A stretch of 37,454 nt of DNA from a virus (lineage: Duplodnaviria > Caudoviricetes): IMG/VR virus record IMGVR_UViG_3300020043_002031, positions 1 to 37,454 of that record. One strand, given 5' to 3'. Positions 36,029 through 37,454 of the stretch are shown one piece after another. Each line of letters opens with the position of its first letter. Positions within the stretch are counted from its first letter, which is position 1. Below the pieces are notes generated by a model. The model was not told the DNA's origin, ran no database searches, and saw nothing but the letters and a program-made list of their open reading frames with translations. A program made the position numbers and the translations under genes.

Positions 36029-36207
36029 TTCTCATTCGGTTTGTAGTTTACTGCAAAATCGTGCCAATCAATATATCTTTTTGCATCTTCAATGGATGAG
36101 TGTGTATTTGTAAATCCCATCTGCACCCAAAAGGGCCAATACCATCTCCATATTTGACATTCATATCCAGCGTATCGGTCGCTTACAATTCTATACTTTG
36201 TTTTCAT
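36025..36207 (-). CDS. Small Trp-rich protein X, copy 2 (60 aa)
   Basis: Near-identical duplicate located 409 nt from copy 1. Confidence 0.75.
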   Translation of the reverse strand: MKTKYRIVSDRYAGYECQIWRWYWPFWVQMGFTNTHSSIEDAKRYIDWHDFAVNYKPNEK

Positions 36208-36425
36208 TTCTCGTTGGTGTTAAAGGTTTCGTTGTAGTAGGTTTCGCCCATCCATTGCACAAGACCTTCTTCATTGTAATCCCAACCTTGTTTAACTGCA
36301 TTCTCAATCTCCTCCTTGTGCATTGCTTTGGCTTGTAGCAAAATTGCTCCAATGACAAGTTGATTACCACTTGGGATTAGTTTTTCCAATGAGGTAACTG
36401 CAAATTCAATACTGCTCTGTTTCAT
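36204..36425 (-). CDS. Small protein, paralog P1 (MKQSSIEF...AKAMHKEEI...YYNETF)
   Basis: Junction-coupled; ends FNTNEK. Confidence 0.75.
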   Translation of the reverse strand: MKQSSIEFAVTSLEKLIPSGNQLVIGAILLQAKAMHKEEIENAVKQGWDYNEEGLVQWMGETYYNETFNTNEK

Positions 36426-36448
36426 TTTTCGTTGGTGTTAAAGAAAAG

Positions 36449-36517
36449 GACTCCGTTAATCAGGGCGGTTGCATTCCGCTTGCTGAATCCTAATGCGCCA
36501 TAAGCGGGCGGAGTTCT
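36449..36517. repeat. Structured 69-nt non-coding element, copy 2
   Basis: Direct repeat of 35345-35413. Confidence 0.85.
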
Positions 36518-36532
36518 AATTCCTTGTTGGTG

Positions 36533-36721
36533 TTAAATAATTTCTTTCATCTCTAGGTCGCAAATCTCATCATCCGTGAGCCTTATGACCACCTCAGCAG
36601 GAGCGTAGTAAGGCAATGCCTTCCTTCCTTGAGGCTCTACAATGATAGTATCCTCATCAGTGTTGGTCTCTTGGTACTCGCTTACTTCAGCAAGCACCCA
36701 AACTAATGTTCCTTTTTTCAT
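36533..36721 (-). CDS. Small hypothetical protein (likely start MKKGTLVW)
   Basis: ATG after an A-rich leader; its stop TAA lies inside a junction-motif variant. Confidence 0.65.
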   Translation of the reverse strand: MKKGTLVWVLAEVSEYQETNTDEDTIIVEPQGRKALPYYAPAEVVIRLTDDEICDLEMKEII

Positions 36722-36802
36722 CTCTCTAAAATTTAATTGGTTTTGTTTGCCCTCATTTAACCGCATCAGGCTTCTCGGTTTTATTGGGTCGAATTCGACC
36801 CC

Positions 36803-37453
36803 TTATAGTTCTCCGAAGATGGTGTACGAGTCCAAGTCCTCACCCAAGATGAAGAACTGCTTGTAGAGTTGGATTGCCTCAAGCGTTTTTCTTTCGCCTT
36901 CTGCTACAAATTCAGGAGTGATGGAGTAGATACCCACATCCAAGCTCGCCTTGTCAATAGCGATGAAGTAGAACTTGTCAATCGGCACACCAAACAATCG
37001 GGTGTAGATGAACGCCTGTACATCGTAGCCATACTTCTTTGCCGAGTAGGGGAACGCTCGTAGGTCGGTTGTTGTCTTTAGGTCAGCCAAGAAGCCATCA
37101 GCGATGATGTCTGCCTTTGCTCTGAAGGGGATGCCCTCTATCAATCCGATTGCAGGTTGCTCAAACTCGCATCCCTCAATCATTGACAGGAAGTATTCGT
37201 TGCGAAGTAGGGCATCAGCGATGCGTTGGGCTTCGTCAAACTCCTTTCGGGTGCATAGGTTGCGTTCGCCTTTTGCTTCTTGCCAAGCCTTTGCGTTCTT
37301 GCTCTGCACTTCAATGACCTTGTACTCCTCTACACGGTGCGGCTCTAGAGCCATCAGGTGTACCAGTCGGCCTACGGCAAATGCATCGGAATCCTGACTG
37401 CCGTACTTGGTGACGTAGTGGTAGGTCTTGGGTGAGGTTAATAAAAGTTTACA
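36803..37453 (-). CDS. PD-(D/E)XK exonuclease, RecE/exonuclease VIII (DUF3799)-like; partial, begins beyond the window
   Basis: Frame open to the window end: LLTSPKTY...AFAVGRLVH.MALEP, FRAKADI, LADLKTT, YGYDVQAFIY, FYFIAIDK. Confidence 0.8.
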   Translation of the reverse strand, partial: CKLLLTSPKTYHYVTKYGSQDSDAFAVGRLVHLMALEPHRVEEYKVIEVQSKNAKAWQEAKGERNLCTRKEFDEAQRIADALLRNEYFLSMIEGCEFEQPAIGLIEGIPFRAKADIIADGFLADLKTTTDLRAFPYSAKKYGYDVQAFIYTRLFGVPIDKFYFIAIDKASLDVGIYSITPEFVAEGERKTLEAIQLYKQFFILGEDLDSYTIFGEL

Positions 37454-37454
37454 G

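Noticed and set aside
35614-36225. X/X' duplication as a diversity-generating retroelement template/variable repeat pair
   Set aside because: The 8 differences are not adenine-specific on either strand, both copies are intact genes, and there is no reverse transcriptase in the window.
35319-36538. CRISPR array or classical integron
   Set aside because: The units between repeats are 180-230-nt coding genes, not spacers, and no cas genes are present. GTTRRR-like hexamers occur, but there are no paired attC core sites per cassette and no tyrosine integrase in the window.
1-37454. Stop-codon reassignment as in some crAss-like phages
   Set aside because: Long genes are intact under the standard code, and TAA, TAG and TGA all end genes at sensible boundaries.

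Overview
This window is part of a tailed dsDNA bacteriophage genome (standard genetic code). The host is most likely Bacteroidota, based on repeated TAnnTTTG -7 promoter boxes, A-rich translation starts without Shine-Dalgarno sites, and a VirE-N/BT4734-type primase-helicase. The virion module resembles Crassvirales-related podoviruses. The + strand (1-28460) carries the late module: the end of a LamG-type fibre gene, a free-standing GIY-YIG/NUMOD3 homing endonuclease, a repeat-built tail fibre, a membrane/lysis cluster, small basic proteins, scaffold, major capsid protein, ring proteins, a muzzle/tail-stabilisation protein, three cargo-type proteins (one of 3170 aa with HExxH and LPD38-like domains), and a u-spanin-like lipoprotein. 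The - strand (28457-37454) carries the early/replication module: glycosyltransferase, RusA-like resolvase, primase-helicase, DnaA-C-like HTH protein, tRNA-Arg(UCU), SSB-like protein, MazG-like protein, many small ORFs and a RecE/DUF3799-like exonuclease. The most notable observations are: (1) an array of small genes at 35319-36538 joined by a shared 24-nt stop/start junction motif and bracketed by two copies of a 69-nt structured non-coding element; (2) a 49-codon basic-protein gene nested in the +1 frame of the 3170-aa gene; (3) further multi-stem non-coding elements and a cluster of palindromes; (4) a ~700-bp inversion with deletions that breaks three virion genes and is probably an amplification or assembly chimera. 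All family calls come from motif recognition by eye, not from database searches.
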